From positions 1 to 36,119 of the IMG/VR virus record IMGVR_UViG_3300018414_000181: a stretch of DNA of 36,119 nt. One strand, written 5' to 3'. Every line of letters starts with the position of its first letter. The first letter of the stretch is position 1. The translations under genes were made by a program, and so were the position numbers. Below are positions 1 to 9,290 of this stretch, piece after piece. A model generated the notes under the pieces. That model was not told the DNA's origin. It was given only the letters and a program-made list of their open reading frames with translations, and ran no database searches. The DNA is from a virus (taxonomy: Duplodnaviria; Caudoviricetes).

Positions 1-687
1 TTAGAGAGTCCTCATGGATTCAGAGCGCCCATTACGTGTCATCCACATCAGAAACTCTACTCCGATATGAGTAATTTTCACTGTATCTCCTTCATCAACA
101 ATCAAGCCAGCAGCATAAAGATAACTTACATATACATGCCCATCCCAAGAGTCCAGCAGAGGGGCAAGCTTTTTCTGATGTTGCTCCCACAACATAGGCA
201 AATCCGACCTAGCAATGCCGACTCCCTGACGTTCATTCAGCATCCTCAAGAAAACTATTTGACCAGCATATATAAAATTGAAAATACGTTCAAAAAACCA
301 GAGCCCCCTAACATAGGCAAGATGCTCAGTAAGATAGCCAACCAAACCATCCTTATCGACCCCCGAAATTTCTTTCTCCAAATCTTCTTTTTGCTTATTT
401 ATCAGAAACAAATATTCTTTTAAATGATCAGTGTTAACAACAGCCGAAGGTAGTCCTTTTTCTGTAGAAGCTTCGGGTTGAACCAGACTCAACGGCGGGG
501 CAGCGGTAATACCAGACGGACCTAAATTAGTTAACCTACCTATTAGACTTCTAATATCCTTCCTAAAATAAATAGTAAAAAAAAGTCCAAAAACAAACGC
601 TGAATGCGGCCACCCCACAGCACTCAACAACTGAATAAACGAACCCAACACTCCAGACACCTCAACAGAGACAGTTCCTTCTGACAT
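1..687 (-). CDS. Hypothetical membrane protein (AT-rich moron at the end of the late operon)
   Basis: 228-aa ORF with N-terminal hydrophobic segment (FIQLLSAVGWPHSAFVFGLFFTIYF); AGGAGAAAGG RBS upstream; clearly more AT-rich than the phage core. Confidence 0.8.
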   Translation of the reverse strand: MSEGTVSVEVSGVLGSFIQLLSAVGWPHSAFVFGLFFTIYFRKDIRSLIGRLTNLGPSGITAAPPLSLVQPEASTEKGLPSAVVNTDHLKEYLFLINKQKEDLEKEISGVDKDGLVGYLTEHLAYVRGLWFFERIFNFIYAGQIVFLRMLNERQGVGIARSDLPMLWEQHQKKLAPLLDSWDGHVYVSYLYAAGLIVDEGDTVKITHIGVEFLMWMTRNGRSESMRTL

Positions 688-853
688 GACCTTTCTCCTA
701 AAAAACTACTCGTTGAATGCTGAACTTCTCGAGACAACACTACTTGACAGCATGCAGAATCGCATATCCCACCCACCTCAGACAACCAATTTAGTTTCGA
801 GCGCAGCAATAGCACGCTCTGTTTAAAGCGCATAGAAGGAGCACATTTCGGCG

Positions 854-1115
854 TTAAAATAATCCACCCAGGATTGTTGGTACCCAATTCATAATCGCTA
901 GTTGCCCGCTCACGTTGAGCTTACCCCGCCCCTCATTCGTGGTGGTGTATCGAATATCCAAAGCCTCGACGTGAAAGCCTTCGAATACACGCCAAATGTC
1001 TGGGTGTTCTGACGCTGACTATCACCCGCTCCTTACACCGCCGCATAAACGCAGCCATCTGCTCATAGTTTTCAAAAGGAAACTCGACCCCATATCCGGT
1101 TGCCTGCCAGTAAGG
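854..1115 (-). pseudogene. C-terminal remnant of phage DNA adenine methyltransferase (Dam/D12 class)
   Basis: Reads PYWQATGYGVEFPFENYEQMAAFMRRCKERVIVSV, then after a frameshift near 1010 EHPDIWRVFEGFHVEALDIRYTTTNEGRGKLNVSGQLAIMNWVPTILGGLF*; the DPPY motif is cut (now LAPY) and the N-terminal part is absent. Confidence 0.8.
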
Positions 1116-1231
1116 TGCTAGGCTCGCCGCGCCTTGTGCACAGAGCAAGAGCCTTGGCTGGACTTGCGGCACTTTTCGGCGGGGACAGCGGCCGAGTTAG
1201 ATGTTGATGCATCAGGCCCGACTGTTCCTTT

Positions 1232-1753
1232 TCACTTGTTTGAAACGATTTCTTTGACGTAGCTCTGGCACGCCGCCAGGGCAATCAGTCCCTGGTCTCC
1301 GTCGCCCACTATGGCGACAATTCGTTGAGCAGCCGCTGGGTCAAGCTCGGCTCGCGTTCCTCCATGAACCACGCCGCAGGTGCCGGCGGTGGCTGGCACC
1401 CCACCGCCACTACCCGAGGCGGCGGTTTTGAGTAGGACTGACAACCGCAAGTCAGCAGTAGCAAGCCGGTCACGCAGACGAGCCTGGTTCGTTTGAGCAT
1501 CACGTAGCTCCTTGTAATGGGTTTCGTCATTTGCCTGCAGGCGATCCTCCAGGGCCCGGCGGACGTCCTGCTGGGTTTCCTGCCAATTGATCACTGCAGC
1601 GGCGGCCTGCTCGCGGTCCCTGCTGTACGCCTCGGCCTGGTCAGCTAGATCTTTGCTGTAGGCGTTGGCCTGCCACGTCCAGGCCAACCAACCACCCAGG
1701 ATGAACCCCAGCACCAGGGCCAATAACGGCAACAGCCAGCCCGGGGCCTTCAA
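1232..1753 (-). CDS. Rz-like inner-membrane spanin
   Basis: N-terminal TM helix then coiled coil; directly downstream of the endolysin; contains a nested lipoprotein ORF. Confidence 0.85.
   Translation of the reverse strand: MKAPGWLLPLLALVLGFILGGWLAWTWQANAYSKDLADQAEAYSRDREQAAAAVINWQETQQDVRRALEDRLQANDETHYKELRDAQTNQARLRDRLATADLRLSVLLKTAASGSGGGVPATAGTCGVVHGGTRAELDPAAAQRIVAIVGDGDQGLIALAACQSYVKEIVSNK
1309..1500 (-). CDS. Rz1-like outer-membrane lipoprotein spanin nested in Rz
   Basis: MLKRTRLVCVTGLLLLTCGC lipobox-type signal then Pro-rich CQPPPAPAAWFM, in an alternative frame inside Rz. Confidence 0.75.
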   Translation of the reverse strand: MLKRTRLVCVTGLLLLTCGCQSYSKPPPRVVAVGCQPPPAPAAWFMEEREPSLTQRLLNELSP

Positions 1754-2301
1754 GGCAGCACCTTCAATGCACGCTCATACAGCGCCTCGCGATCCGCCAA
1801 GCCGTTGGTTCCGCCGTTGATGCGCTTGGTGATGGTGAGGAAGTCGCCCTTATCGGCAAGGCTGTTGAGCCCCGCCCGCTGCCAGAACCAGCCAGCCGAC
1901 AACGCGGCATAGACCGGGACTTCCAGCAGTTCAGGGGTGCTGAGCAGTCGAGCATCACTGAAAAGCGCTTCGCTGCAGGCTTCATAGTTGGCCCGGCCGG
2001 TGACCTGGATCAGCCCTCGCCCACGGTACTTCTGGCCGTCGCCATCCGCTTCGGGGGTATTGCCCAGGCGCTTGGCCAGGCTGCCGGTGTCGTACTTGCT
2101 CAAGTACTGATCGCTGCCCAGCTCGCGCACCCATTGCAACTGGCCGGACTCGTGGCCGATCTGCGCGATGAACGCCGCCATGCGCAGGCGGGTGATGATT
2201 GCGTACTTGCTCATGGCCGCGTTGAGAGCAGGAACAAAAACGCCGGCTTTAACGCCGGCGTTGGGGAGGATCTGCAGCAGTTGCTGCGCTGTAATCGTCA
2301 T
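1750..2301 (-). CDS. Glycoside hydrolase family 19 endolysin
   Basis: Motifs FIAQIGHESG, YRGRGLIQVTGRANY, ITKRINGGTNGLADR. Confidence 0.95.
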   Translation of the reverse strand: MTITAQQLLQILPNAGVKAGVFVPALNAAMSKYAIITRLRMAAFIAQIGHESGQLQWVRELGSDQYLSKYDTGSLAKRLGNTPEADGDGQKYRGRGLIQVTGRANYEACSEALFSDARLLSTPELLEVPVYAALSAGWFWQRAGLNSLADKGDFLTITKRINGGTNGLADREALYERALKVLP

Positions 2302-2328
2302 GCTTGATATCTCCAGTGATGATGGGGG

Positions 2329-3372
2329 TTAAAGCTGCACAACCTTGAGCGGCTTGGTTTCTTTCTTTTTCTTGCCTTTGGCTTTCGCCTTGCCCTTCTT
2401 GCCGCCGTTGCATTCGACCGTGGTGCTCCACCCGGACTGGGTAAACACCTGCTCGACCGAGTCCACCAGGTACTCGCCATCGAGGCCGACCTTGAAGCCC
2501 TGGGCATTGATCATGCGTTCAGCGAATAGATCGGTTCGGCCTGGCATCTCCAGGCGCACGCCGGCGGTGCTGCGGTTGAATGCCGCCAACCGCGCCTTGG
2601 CAGCCTGCTCGGCAGCGGACTTGTTCGGATAGATATGTCGGTCGGTGTGCACCGGCGGCAGGCCGTCCGGCGAGTCCTCGTTGCCCAGGTCGACGACCCG
2701 CAGCTTTCCGCTCTTCTTGTCCTGGTGCTTGGTCTGCACTGCCTTGTGGGTGCTTTTGTCCCCCAGGCGGAACTGATAGCGGCTCACGTCGCTGCGAGTA
2801 ATGGTGACAGTGCCGAGGGACTTGCCGCTTGCGCTCTGACCGACCTGCCGGGGCAGCACAAGCAGTTTGCCGTCGGCCACCTTGGCCGTGCAGTCGTACT
2901 GCTTGGCCAGGCGGGTGATGAAGTTGAAGTCGGATTCATTGAGCTGATCGACCCGGGGCACCTTGGTGGTCACCGGGCACACCGGTTGCCAGCCATTGCG
3001 GGTCGCCACATCGCGCACGATCTGCTGCAGCGGGACGTTTTCCCAGCTCCCGCTGCGGGTGGTCTTGCCACTGCCGCGCATGTCGCTGGCCTTGCCCCGG
3101 ATCTCGATAGAATCAGGCGGCCCCGTCACCACAACCTCGTCCACCATGTAGCGCCCAAGGCGGGTCAGTGACTGGCCGGCGTAGCCCATGAACACCTCGA
3201 TGCTCGCGCCCCGGCTGGGCAGCGCCACCGCGCCGTCGCGGTCGTCGATGCGCAACTCAAACTCGTCCGACTCCATGCCGGGCTTGTCCGAGGTTCGCAG
3301 GGTCAACAGCCGGTCATTGATCAGCGCGGTGATGTTCTTGCCGTCCGCAACGATTCGGAACTCTGGTTTCAT
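2329..3372 (-). CDS. Late control D family tail/baseplate hub protein (P2 gpD-like)
   Basis: DKPGMESDEFELRIDDRDG and DQLNESDFNFITRLA motifs; position after gpX. Confidence 0.9.
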   Translation of the reverse strand: MKPEFRIVADGKNITALINDRLLTLRTSDKPGMESDEFELRIDDRDGAVALPSRGASIEVFMGYAGQSLTRLGRYMVDEVVVTGPPDSIEIRGKASDMRGSGKTTRSGSWENVPLQQIVRDVATRNGWQPVCPVTTKVPRVDQLNESDFNFITRLAKQYDCTAKVADGKLLVLPRQVGQSASGKSLGTVTITRSDVSRYQFRLGDKSTHKAVQTKHQDKKSGKLRVVDLGNEDSPDGLPPVHTDRHIYPNKSAAEQAAKARLAAFNRSTAGVRLEMPGRTDLFAERMINAQGFKVGLDGEYLVDSVEQVFTQSGWSTTVECNGGKKGKAKAKGKKKKETKPLKVVQL

Positions 3373-3392
3373 TGCTCATGCTCCAGAAATGG

Positions 3393-3414
3393 AAAACCCC
3401 GCACATCGCGGGGT
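3393..3414 (-). terminator. Intrinsic terminator-like hairpin within the late operon
   Basis: Minus strand ACCCCGC-GATGT-GCGGGGT followed by TTT. Confidence 0.5.
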
Positions 3415-3433
3415 CTGTAGGTGACTCTGACAA

Positions 3434-3640
3434 TCAATCCCAGAGCAGCACGGAGGAATCGGTCTGGCTCGGCAGATCCGGCAGCACGATCAGCACCCCA
3501 GCCCGGAACGGCTGGGGTTCGTCGGCGAGCCCCTGGTTGGCATCCAGCACCGCTTCGACACTGCCATTGAGGTGCCCGTAATACTGGTGACACAGGGTGT
3601 CCAGCAGATCCCCGTCAGACGTTCTGCAGGTCGTCGCCAT
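3434..3640 (-). CDS. Tail protein X (P2 gpX-like)
   Basis: 68 aa; GDLLDTLCHQYYG...VLDANQGLA...GVLIVLPD signature. Confidence 0.9.
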   Translation of the reverse strand: MATTCRTSDGDLLDTLCHQYYGHLNGSVEAVLDANQGLADEPQPFRAGVLIVLPDLPSQTDSSVLLWD

Positions 3641-4460
3641 AGCTCACAAACTCCATTGAAAAGCCCTGCTTACGCGGGATGCCCCCGGCCAGCAGGTGGC
3701 TCTGTTCTTCCTCAAGGCTGGTCAGGCACCAGGTGCCCAGCACTTCGCCGTAGCCCGTGGTCAGACTCAGCGGCTGCAGGCGTCGCCCGATGCTGCGCAG
3801 TTTTTGCAACTGACCCAGTCCACCCTTGAACCCAGGAAACACCGCCCCCTTGAGGGTGATTTTGTCGTCGCCCTGCCCCACCGCCTGCTGCGCGATGCTG
3901 CGGGTCAGGCGTTCCTGGCCAGCCCAGCGGAACCCGGTCTGACGGCGCAGCTCTTCAAAGGCAGCGGTATCGAGGTTGAAGTAATACGGCTGTCCGCCAG
4001 CCTTCAGCGGATGGATGATCAGCAGGTGCGGGAACGGCTTCACCGCCTCGGCGGCAGGAGTACCCAGGCCGCCGAATGATCCAGTCGGGAGGATGTTGCC
4101 CAGGGAAGGACTGACCTGCCCACCGATCCGGTTGATCGCAGCACTGGCCTTGGCGGTCTGTTCCTGCAGCGTACCGAGCCGCTGCTGGATCTGCCCCGCC
4201 GCCGACACGGCCTGGCTGTACTTGGCCGCCACCTCACCGACCACGGACTGCGCGGCGGTGATGCCGCGCAAGGTCCGCTGCAGCTTTGCGCCCATCTCAG
4301 GCCCCACAAACGGGATGTTCTCCAGCTCCGAGGCGGCGCCGGTAATCTCGCTGATGGCTCCGTTCAGAGGGGTCAGCATGCCATCCGCACTGCTGCGGCC
4401 CGCCTCCCCCGCTTCAACCAGGGACTGAAACCCCGACTGCAGTTGCTCCATGTACGCCAT
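3615..4460 (-). CDS. P2 gpU-like tail tube initiator with N-terminal extension
   Basis: C-terminal half LRRQTGFRWAGQERL...QAVGQGDDKITLKG...LTTGYGEVLGTW; lies between tape measure and gpX. Confidence 0.85.
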   Translation of the reverse strand: MAYMEQLQSGFQSLVEAGEAGRSSADGMLTPLNGAISEITGAASELENIPFVGPEMGAKLQRTLRGITAAQSVVGEVAAKYSQAVSAAGQIQQRLGTLQEQTAKASAAINRIGGQVSPSLGNILPTGSFGGLGTPAAEAVKPFPHLLIIHPLKAGGQPYYFNLDTAAFEELRRQTGFRWAGQERLTRSIAQQAVGQGDDKITLKGAVFPGFKGGLGQLQKLRSIGRRLQPLSLTTGYGEVLGTWCLTSLEEEQSHLLAGGIPRKQGFSMEFVSYGDDLQNV

Positions 4461-4469
4461 GGCACCTCC

Positions 4470-7043
4470 TTAAACGTGTGGTTCATCCGACAGCTGACGA
4501 GCCGCAGCCTGGCGGCTGTACTCGTCGAACATCCGGCGCATATAAGGCTCAACCTCCCGGGCCACCTGAGCCGGGTCTTTAACGTCCCCCTGCACCGTGA
4601 CCTGCAGGCTCGGCGAGAAAGCAAATTGCTGGTCGACCTTGGGTACCTGCTTCGCAGGCTCGGGCACCTTGAGCATTGCCGGCACAGCTGCCGACGGTGC
4701 GGCGGTCCCCATGGAGCGCACCACCTGCCCCATCATCGAGGGTGTCTGGCCGGTCTTGAACGATTTCGCGATGTCACCCAGGACCGGAGGAATGTCCTTC
4801 CCGGCGTTGACCATCATCAGCGGCCCCGCTGCCGGCATTCGCTTGAGCGAATCGTCGGAACCAAACATCGCTTTGCCGGCATATGAGCCCAGGGCATCAC
4901 CCCCAAAGTAACCTACGGTTCCCCCGATGGCGGCACCGATAGCCCCGCCAATGGCCGTACCGAGACCTGGAACGACGGAACCGAGTGCCGCACCAGCGGC
5001 CAATCCCATTTTTGCCCCCACCAACGAGCCTGCTAAGCCCCCCGCCGCACCGCCATAACCTTCGGCCTTTTCATCACGGGTCTTGGCATTCTGGTAGGTG
5101 TCTGCAACCTTAAGACCGGAGCCCAACACCGACAGCAACCCCACCCCCTTAATCGCTGGCGCCAGTCCTTTGAACAGCGAACCTATCCCTTTCAGCGCCG
5201 TAGACCCTATGCTCGCCGCGCCCTTTGCAACACGCCCCACACCGCGATGGCTAAAGACATTCCTGAGCGCCTGACCGACACGGCCGAGCCGCCCCGTACT
5301 GCCTGCACGGCCTCCTTTACCGCCTTTTCCGCCTTTCTTGTCCTTGCCACCGTCGAGGTCGTAATCGCTACCGCCGCCCCCCAACCCGCCGGCGTTGGTG
5401 ACAAACACTCGCTGGATCACGTTCGGGTTACCCATCAACGAGCCTCGGGCCACATTGAGCATGCCCTTGCCGATCTTGAAGGCGTTGACCGCGAGCCCCA
5501 GGGCACTCAGCCCTGCGGCAACAGCGGTAAAACCTGCAATAACGGGGGGATATTTATCAGCGAGACCGGCCAAGGCATAACCCACTTTTGCCAGGCCGTC
5601 CGCGACACCATCTGTCAGCGGACGCAGCGCATCACCGATGCGGGTCATCGAGGCTTCCATACTGCTCTTGACCATCGACCACTTGGCGTTTGAAGTCTCC
5701 CGCGCCTTGTTCGCGTCCTGCTCGATCTTGGCCTGGCCATCGGTCTCCTTGATGGTGGTCATGTCCTCCTTGATCGTGCGGCCATACTTGATCTGCGCCA
5801 ACAGACCGGCGCTCGCACTCTTGTCGCTGACGATACCGACCAAGCCAGCCGACTCCAGCAGTGACGCCATGGCCTGGGCTTCCTCGGCACTACCGTCCGC
5901 GCTTTCGCGAATGCGTTTTTTGAGCGCGTCAACTTCCTTGGCTCTGGATGGGTCCTGCTTCCTGAGCAGTACATCGCTCAGCCTGATAAAGGCATCGACC
6001 GGGTTGTCGGCCTTACCGTTTCTGGTGTTCTCAGCAAGAGACCCCACCAAGTCGATTCCCTCCTTGGCGAATCGATCTTGACTGGTGCTACTGATGATCG
6101 CGCTCAGCAGGTTGTCCATATTGGTCGCAGCAGCGGCCGCGTCCTGGGTCTGCTTGTATTGCGACTGCAAACTGGCACCCAAAAAGCGCACCGCTTCGGG
6201 CCCCTCCATGCCCAATGTTTTGATGGTACCCAGCAAGCTCGGCATGTACTTGGCCATGTCCTTCGGACCAAACGCACCAATGTCGCCAGCGGCTGCGACT
6301 TGCCCCAGCATCGCGCCCATCTCTTCCTTTTTAACGCCAGCCTCCTTGAACGCGCTAAACAGCGTGGCAATGGTTTCGGCCTCCATACCCTGGCCATCGA
6401 CCAAGTCCGCGATCAGCGGCGAGTAGTCAACCGACTCCTCCCACTCGATCCCCTTTTCAATCAGCCCACCCACGGCCTTGGCCAAAGCTTGTTGGCCCAT
6501 CCCTTTCTTCGCCGCGACCTCAGAGATCTTGTCCGCCATCTGTTTTTCGGCGTCGGTGCCGGCGGTGTGGGCCCACAAGGCCATCTGCCGGATCTGAGCC
6601 TGATAGTCACCCGATATCTTGGTGGGGATGGCCACCATACCGACCCCGGCCACCGCCTGACCGATACCGGATTTAAGACCCTCCTTGCCCTGCTGGATCT
6701 GGGTGTACCCCAAAGCCTTCAGTTCAGCACCACGGGCGACCTTTCCCAGAGCCTGATACTCCTGGCGCAACTTGTGCACCTGGATACCTTGCTTCTGCAG
6801 GGTGCTCAGATTGCCCTCTAGCTTGCGCAGCAATCCGTCCGCCGATGCCGCGCCGGTGTCGTGGGCTTTCTTCCACTCGTCCCGCAAACGCATGGTTTCG
6901 CCGATGGTGTTCTTCAGTACCTTGGCCTTGTTGCCTTGTTCCTCCAGCTTCTTGATCCGGCCCTCAACCGTCTTGAAAGCAGCCCCCACCGTCGAACTGA
7001 CGGCGCCGCCGATCACCAGCCCCAACGCCAGCTTGCTTGCCAT
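4470..7043 (-). CDS. Tail tape measure protein
   Basis: 857 aa, Ala/Gly-rich, helical, with hydrophobic stretches; follows the chaperone genes. Confidence 0.92.
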   Translation of the reverse strand: MASKLALGLVIGGAVSSTVGAAFKTVEGRIKKLEEQGNKAKVLKNTIGETMRLRDEWKKAHDTGAASADGLLRKLEGNLSTLQKQGIQVHKLRQEYQALGKVARGAELKALGYTQIQQGKEGLKSGIGQAVAGVGMVAIPTKISGDYQAQIRQMALWAHTAGTDAEKQMADKISEVAAKKGMGQQALAKAVGGLIEKGIEWEESVDYSPLIADLVDGQGMEAETIATLFSAFKEAGVKKEEMGAMLGQVAAAGDIGAFGPKDMAKYMPSLLGTIKTLGMEGPEAVRFLGASLQSQYKQTQDAAAAATNMDNLLSAIISSTSQDRFAKEGIDLVGSLAENTRNGKADNPVDAFIRLSDVLLRKQDPSRAKEVDALKKRIRESADGSAEEAQAMASLLESAGLVGIVSDKSASAGLLAQIKYGRTIKEDMTTIKETDGQAKIEQDANKARETSNAKWSMVKSSMEASMTRIGDALRPLTDGVADGLAKVGYALAGLADKYPPVIAGFTAVAAGLSALGLAVNAFKIGKGMLNVARGSLMGNPNVIQRVFVTNAGGLGGGGSDYDLDGGKDKKGGKGGKGGRAGSTGRLGRVGQALRNVFSHRGVGRVAKGAASIGSTALKGIGSLFKGLAPAIKGVGLLSVLGSGLKVADTYQNAKTRDEKAEGYGGAAGGLAGSLVGAKMGLAAGAALGSVVPGLGTAIGGAIGAAIGGTVGYFGGDALGSYAGKAMFGSDDSLKRMPAAGPLMMVNAGKDIPPVLGDIAKSFKTGQTPSMMGQVVRSMGTAAPSAAVPAMLKVPEPAKQVPKVDQQFAFSPSLQVTVQGDVKDPAQVAREVEPYMRRMFDEYSRQAAARQLSDEPHV

Positions 7044-7072
7044 CTGATCCCCCTACGCCCGAGTTGAAGGGC

Positions 7073-7189
7073 TCAGTCCGTGAGCCACCAGACCATGTCG
7101 GAAAACCTCATGGTCATGATTTCCTCGGCGGAGAAATGCAGCTCGCTCGCGAGCCGCTTCGCCGCCATCTTCATCACCGCCGGGTCAAA
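7073..7189 (-). CDS. gpE'-like extension of the tail assembly chaperone (probably reached by frameshift)
   Basis: Not in the ORF track; +1 frame from the gpE stop reads FDPAVMKMAAKRLASELHFSAEEIMTMRFSDMVWWLTD*, a typical gpE' pattern (FS.EEI..M...W). Confidence 0.75.
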   Translation of the reverse strand, partial: FDPAVMKMAAKRLASELHFSAEEIMTMRFSDMVWWLTD

Positions 7190-7490
7190 GTTCGTCGTCT
7201 TGCACCAGGCGAAAATACCCGGCCTGCAGGCGCTGATAATCCTTGAGGGTCATGCCCTCCAGATCCTTGGCGCCGACCTCGGCCAAGCTGGAGAACAGCA
7301 TGAGTTCGCGTTGTTCGTCGTCACTGCCGGCGGCAGTGTTAGCGGCGCGCACATCGCGCACGGTGGGTGCGCGCAGGGTGACCTTGTCGCAGACCACGCC
7401 ATTCATCTCCACCGCCTTGGTGAGGGTCACGACCACGCTCTCGGCGCTCAGGGTCATCCAGGCCGGTGTCTTTTTCGCTACTTGAGTCAT
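7185..7490 (-). CDS. Tail assembly chaperone (gpE / FluMu gp41-like)
   Basis: TLRAPTVRD and MTLKDYQRLQAGY motifs; between tube and tape measure. Confidence 0.9.
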   Translation of the reverse strand: MTQVAKKTPAWMTLSAESVVVTLTKAVEMNGVVCDKVTLRAPTVRDVRAANTAAGSDDEQRELMLFSSLAEVGAKDLEGMTLKDYQRLQAGYFRLVQDDEL

Positions 7491-7500
7491 GGGGTTTTCC

Positions 7501-8010
7501 TTACAGGCCAAGGGCCGAACGTTGCGCGGCGAGCTGGTCGACGCCGTTGATCACGCGCTTCATGCCCAGCGCATCGATCTCATAGATGAGGCGGCCGTCG
7601 ACTTCGAGCTTGTAGTAAGTCAACGCCACGTTGTGCTTGATCTCGGCTTTGTCGCCAGCCTTCCAGTCGCCCATGTCGACCTCCTTGAGCATGCCGCGCA
7701 GGGTGACGATCACCGGGGTGACCTTGCCCTTGAGGCCCTTGAAGGCGCCCCGGAACACGCCATTGAAGGCGGTACCGTCGGCCAGGCCGAAGAGCTTCAA
7801 CGACTCGCGACGCACGCCGGTGGTGGTAAAGCCGGCTTCTTGTTTTTCCATGCCCATGTCCAGCTCCACCGGCAGGTCCATACCACCGGCCCGGTGCTCC
7901 TCGGTCTTGAGCGTGAGCTTGGGCAGGGTCAGGCTTGGGACATCGCCCTGGAAGCTGATGCCATCGGCGAACAGGTTCATGTTCGCCAGGGTTTCGGGAA
8001 TCATTGCCAT
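7501..8010 (-). CDS. Major tail tube protein (P2 FII-like)
   Basis: TLPKLTLKTEEHRAGGMD and YYKLEVDG...EID motifs. Confidence 0.95.
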   Translation of the reverse strand: MAMIPETLANMNLFADGISFQGDVPSLTLPKLTLKTEEHRAGGMDLPVELDMGMEKQEAGFTTTGVRRESLKLFGLADGTAFNGVFRGAFKGLKGKVTPVIVTLRGMLKEVDMGDWKAGDKAEIKHNVALTYYKLEVDGRLIYEIDALGMKRVINGVDQLAAQRSALGL

Positions 8011-8022
8011 TGCTGCGGCTCC

Positions 8023-9189
8023 TTAAGCGGCGGAATCGAGGACTTCGGTCAACCACTGGTTGGTGACCTCGACACGGAAGTTGGGGTTTTCGGCGGGCGG
8101 CACGTCGGTAAAGCGGATATTCCAGTACACCTTGCCCTGCTCCAGCTGGCTGGCGGTGTTGAGTTCGGTGTCCGCGTAGACCTCGAAATTGATAACCGCG
8201 CCCTGGTTCTTCAGGTCGCGCATGAACGCCTGCAGGCCCTCGGTCACGTCCTTGACATAGGTGGCGGTGATCGAGCGGTCGACCGCCCACTTGTGCCCGT
8301 AGAGGATCGCGTCCATGACGATGTCCATTGTCCGCACCCGCGTGACAAACGCCCACTTCGGATCACTCGACAGCGTGCGGTTACCCCACAGGCGGAAGCC
8401 CGCGTCTCGAATGATCGTGGTGATGTTGGCGTTGTTCAGCAGGTTGGCCCGGCAAGTCTCGTCGCCGTCGAGGAACTCAATGGGGCGCGTGGTACCGGTG
8501 AGGCCGACAAACTCCTTGTTCGACGGCGAAGCCCAGAAGCCGTACTCGTTGTCGGTCCAGGCGAACAAGCCCGCTGCCCAGGCCGAGGCCGGCGCATCGA
8601 CGGTCACGCTCTCGCCGGTGTCCCAGTATTGAATGCCCGGGTCGACCAGATAGGCCCGCTTGGCGCCGAAGTTCTTGGCGTACTCCATGGCCGCCTCGTC
8701 GGTGGTGTTGGGGCCGTCGAGGATGGCCAGGCCGCGCAGCTTGTCGGCCAGGGCCACCAGGGCTGTGCCGACCGGCAGATTGGCGCTGTGCTTGGGGGTC
8801 ACCAGCAACCGCGGCTGGGCGTTGAAACGGCTCTTGCCGTCCAGCAGCGCCTGCAGGCCGGTACGCTTGCCGCTGGCCAGCACCCCGCCGATGATCGCGG
8901 AGGTCTGCTGTGCGGCGTCCTGAACCTTGGCCACACCGCATGCAACGATCACCGCCTTGGCGCGCTGATAGATGGCCTTGCACGCCTTGGTGATGGCCGC
9001 ATCCGGGCCCCAAGCGGCAATGGCCTCACGCTCGTTGGTGATCAGCAACAAGTCGTTGGCCTTGGCGCTGAAGTCGGGGCCTTCGGTGAAGGTGTCCACC
9101 AGGCCGATGATCGAGGACGACGGCAGCGAGATAGTCCGCGTGCCGGTGTCCACATTGGTGACGGTAACGCCGTGAAAGAAACCACTCAT
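8023..9189 (-). CDS. Tail sheath protein (P2 FI-like)
   Basis: FFHGVTV N-terminus, GFWASPSNK, GFRLWGNRT, W.VDR motifs. Confidence 0.95.
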   Translation of the reverse strand: MSGFFHGVTVTNVDTGTRTISLPSSSIIGLVDTFTEGPDFSAKANDLLLITNEREAIAAWGPDAAITKACKAIYQRAKAVIVACGVAKVQDAAQQTSAIIGGVLASGKRTGLQALLDGKSRFNAQPRLLVTPKHSANLPVGTALVALADKLRGLAILDGPNTTDEAAMEYAKNFGAKRAYLVDPGIQYWDTGESVTVDAPASAWAAGLFAWTDNEYGFWASPSNKEFVGLTGTTRPIEFLDGDETCRANLLNNANITTIIRDAGFRLWGNRTLSSDPKWAFVTRVRTMDIVMDAILYGHKWAVDRSITATYVKDVTEGLQAFMRDLKNQGAVINFEVYADTELNTASQLEQGKVYWNIRFTDVPPAENPNFRVEVTNQWLTEVLDSAA

Positions 9190-9259
9190 GGATAAGCTCC
9201 AGAAATGAAAAAGCCCCGCATGAGCGAGGCCGTGGGAGGAACAGGCGCCGAAGCGCGGG

Positions 9260-9290
9260 AAAGAAAACGCCCCGTCGGTGCGGGGCGTTT
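9260..9290 (-). terminator. Intrinsic terminator after the tail fibre assembly gene
   Basis: Minus strand AAACGCCCCG-CACCGA-CGGGGCGTTT followed by TCTTT. Confidence 0.7.

Noticed and set aside
933-1172. 79-aa ORF as an independent gene
   Set aside because: Chimera of intergenic sequence and the methylase remnant
5300-5395. Gly/Lys-rich low-complexity stretch in the tape measure gene
   Set aside because: In-frame flexible linker; no DNA-level repeat unit suggesting phase variation
7489-9195. 568-aa plus-strand ORF and similar long ORFs (15605-16816, 18486-19922, 20241-21656, 26215-27570, 12687-13772)
   Set aside because: Antisense shadows of well-supported GC-rich phage genes; no RBS or recognisable motifs
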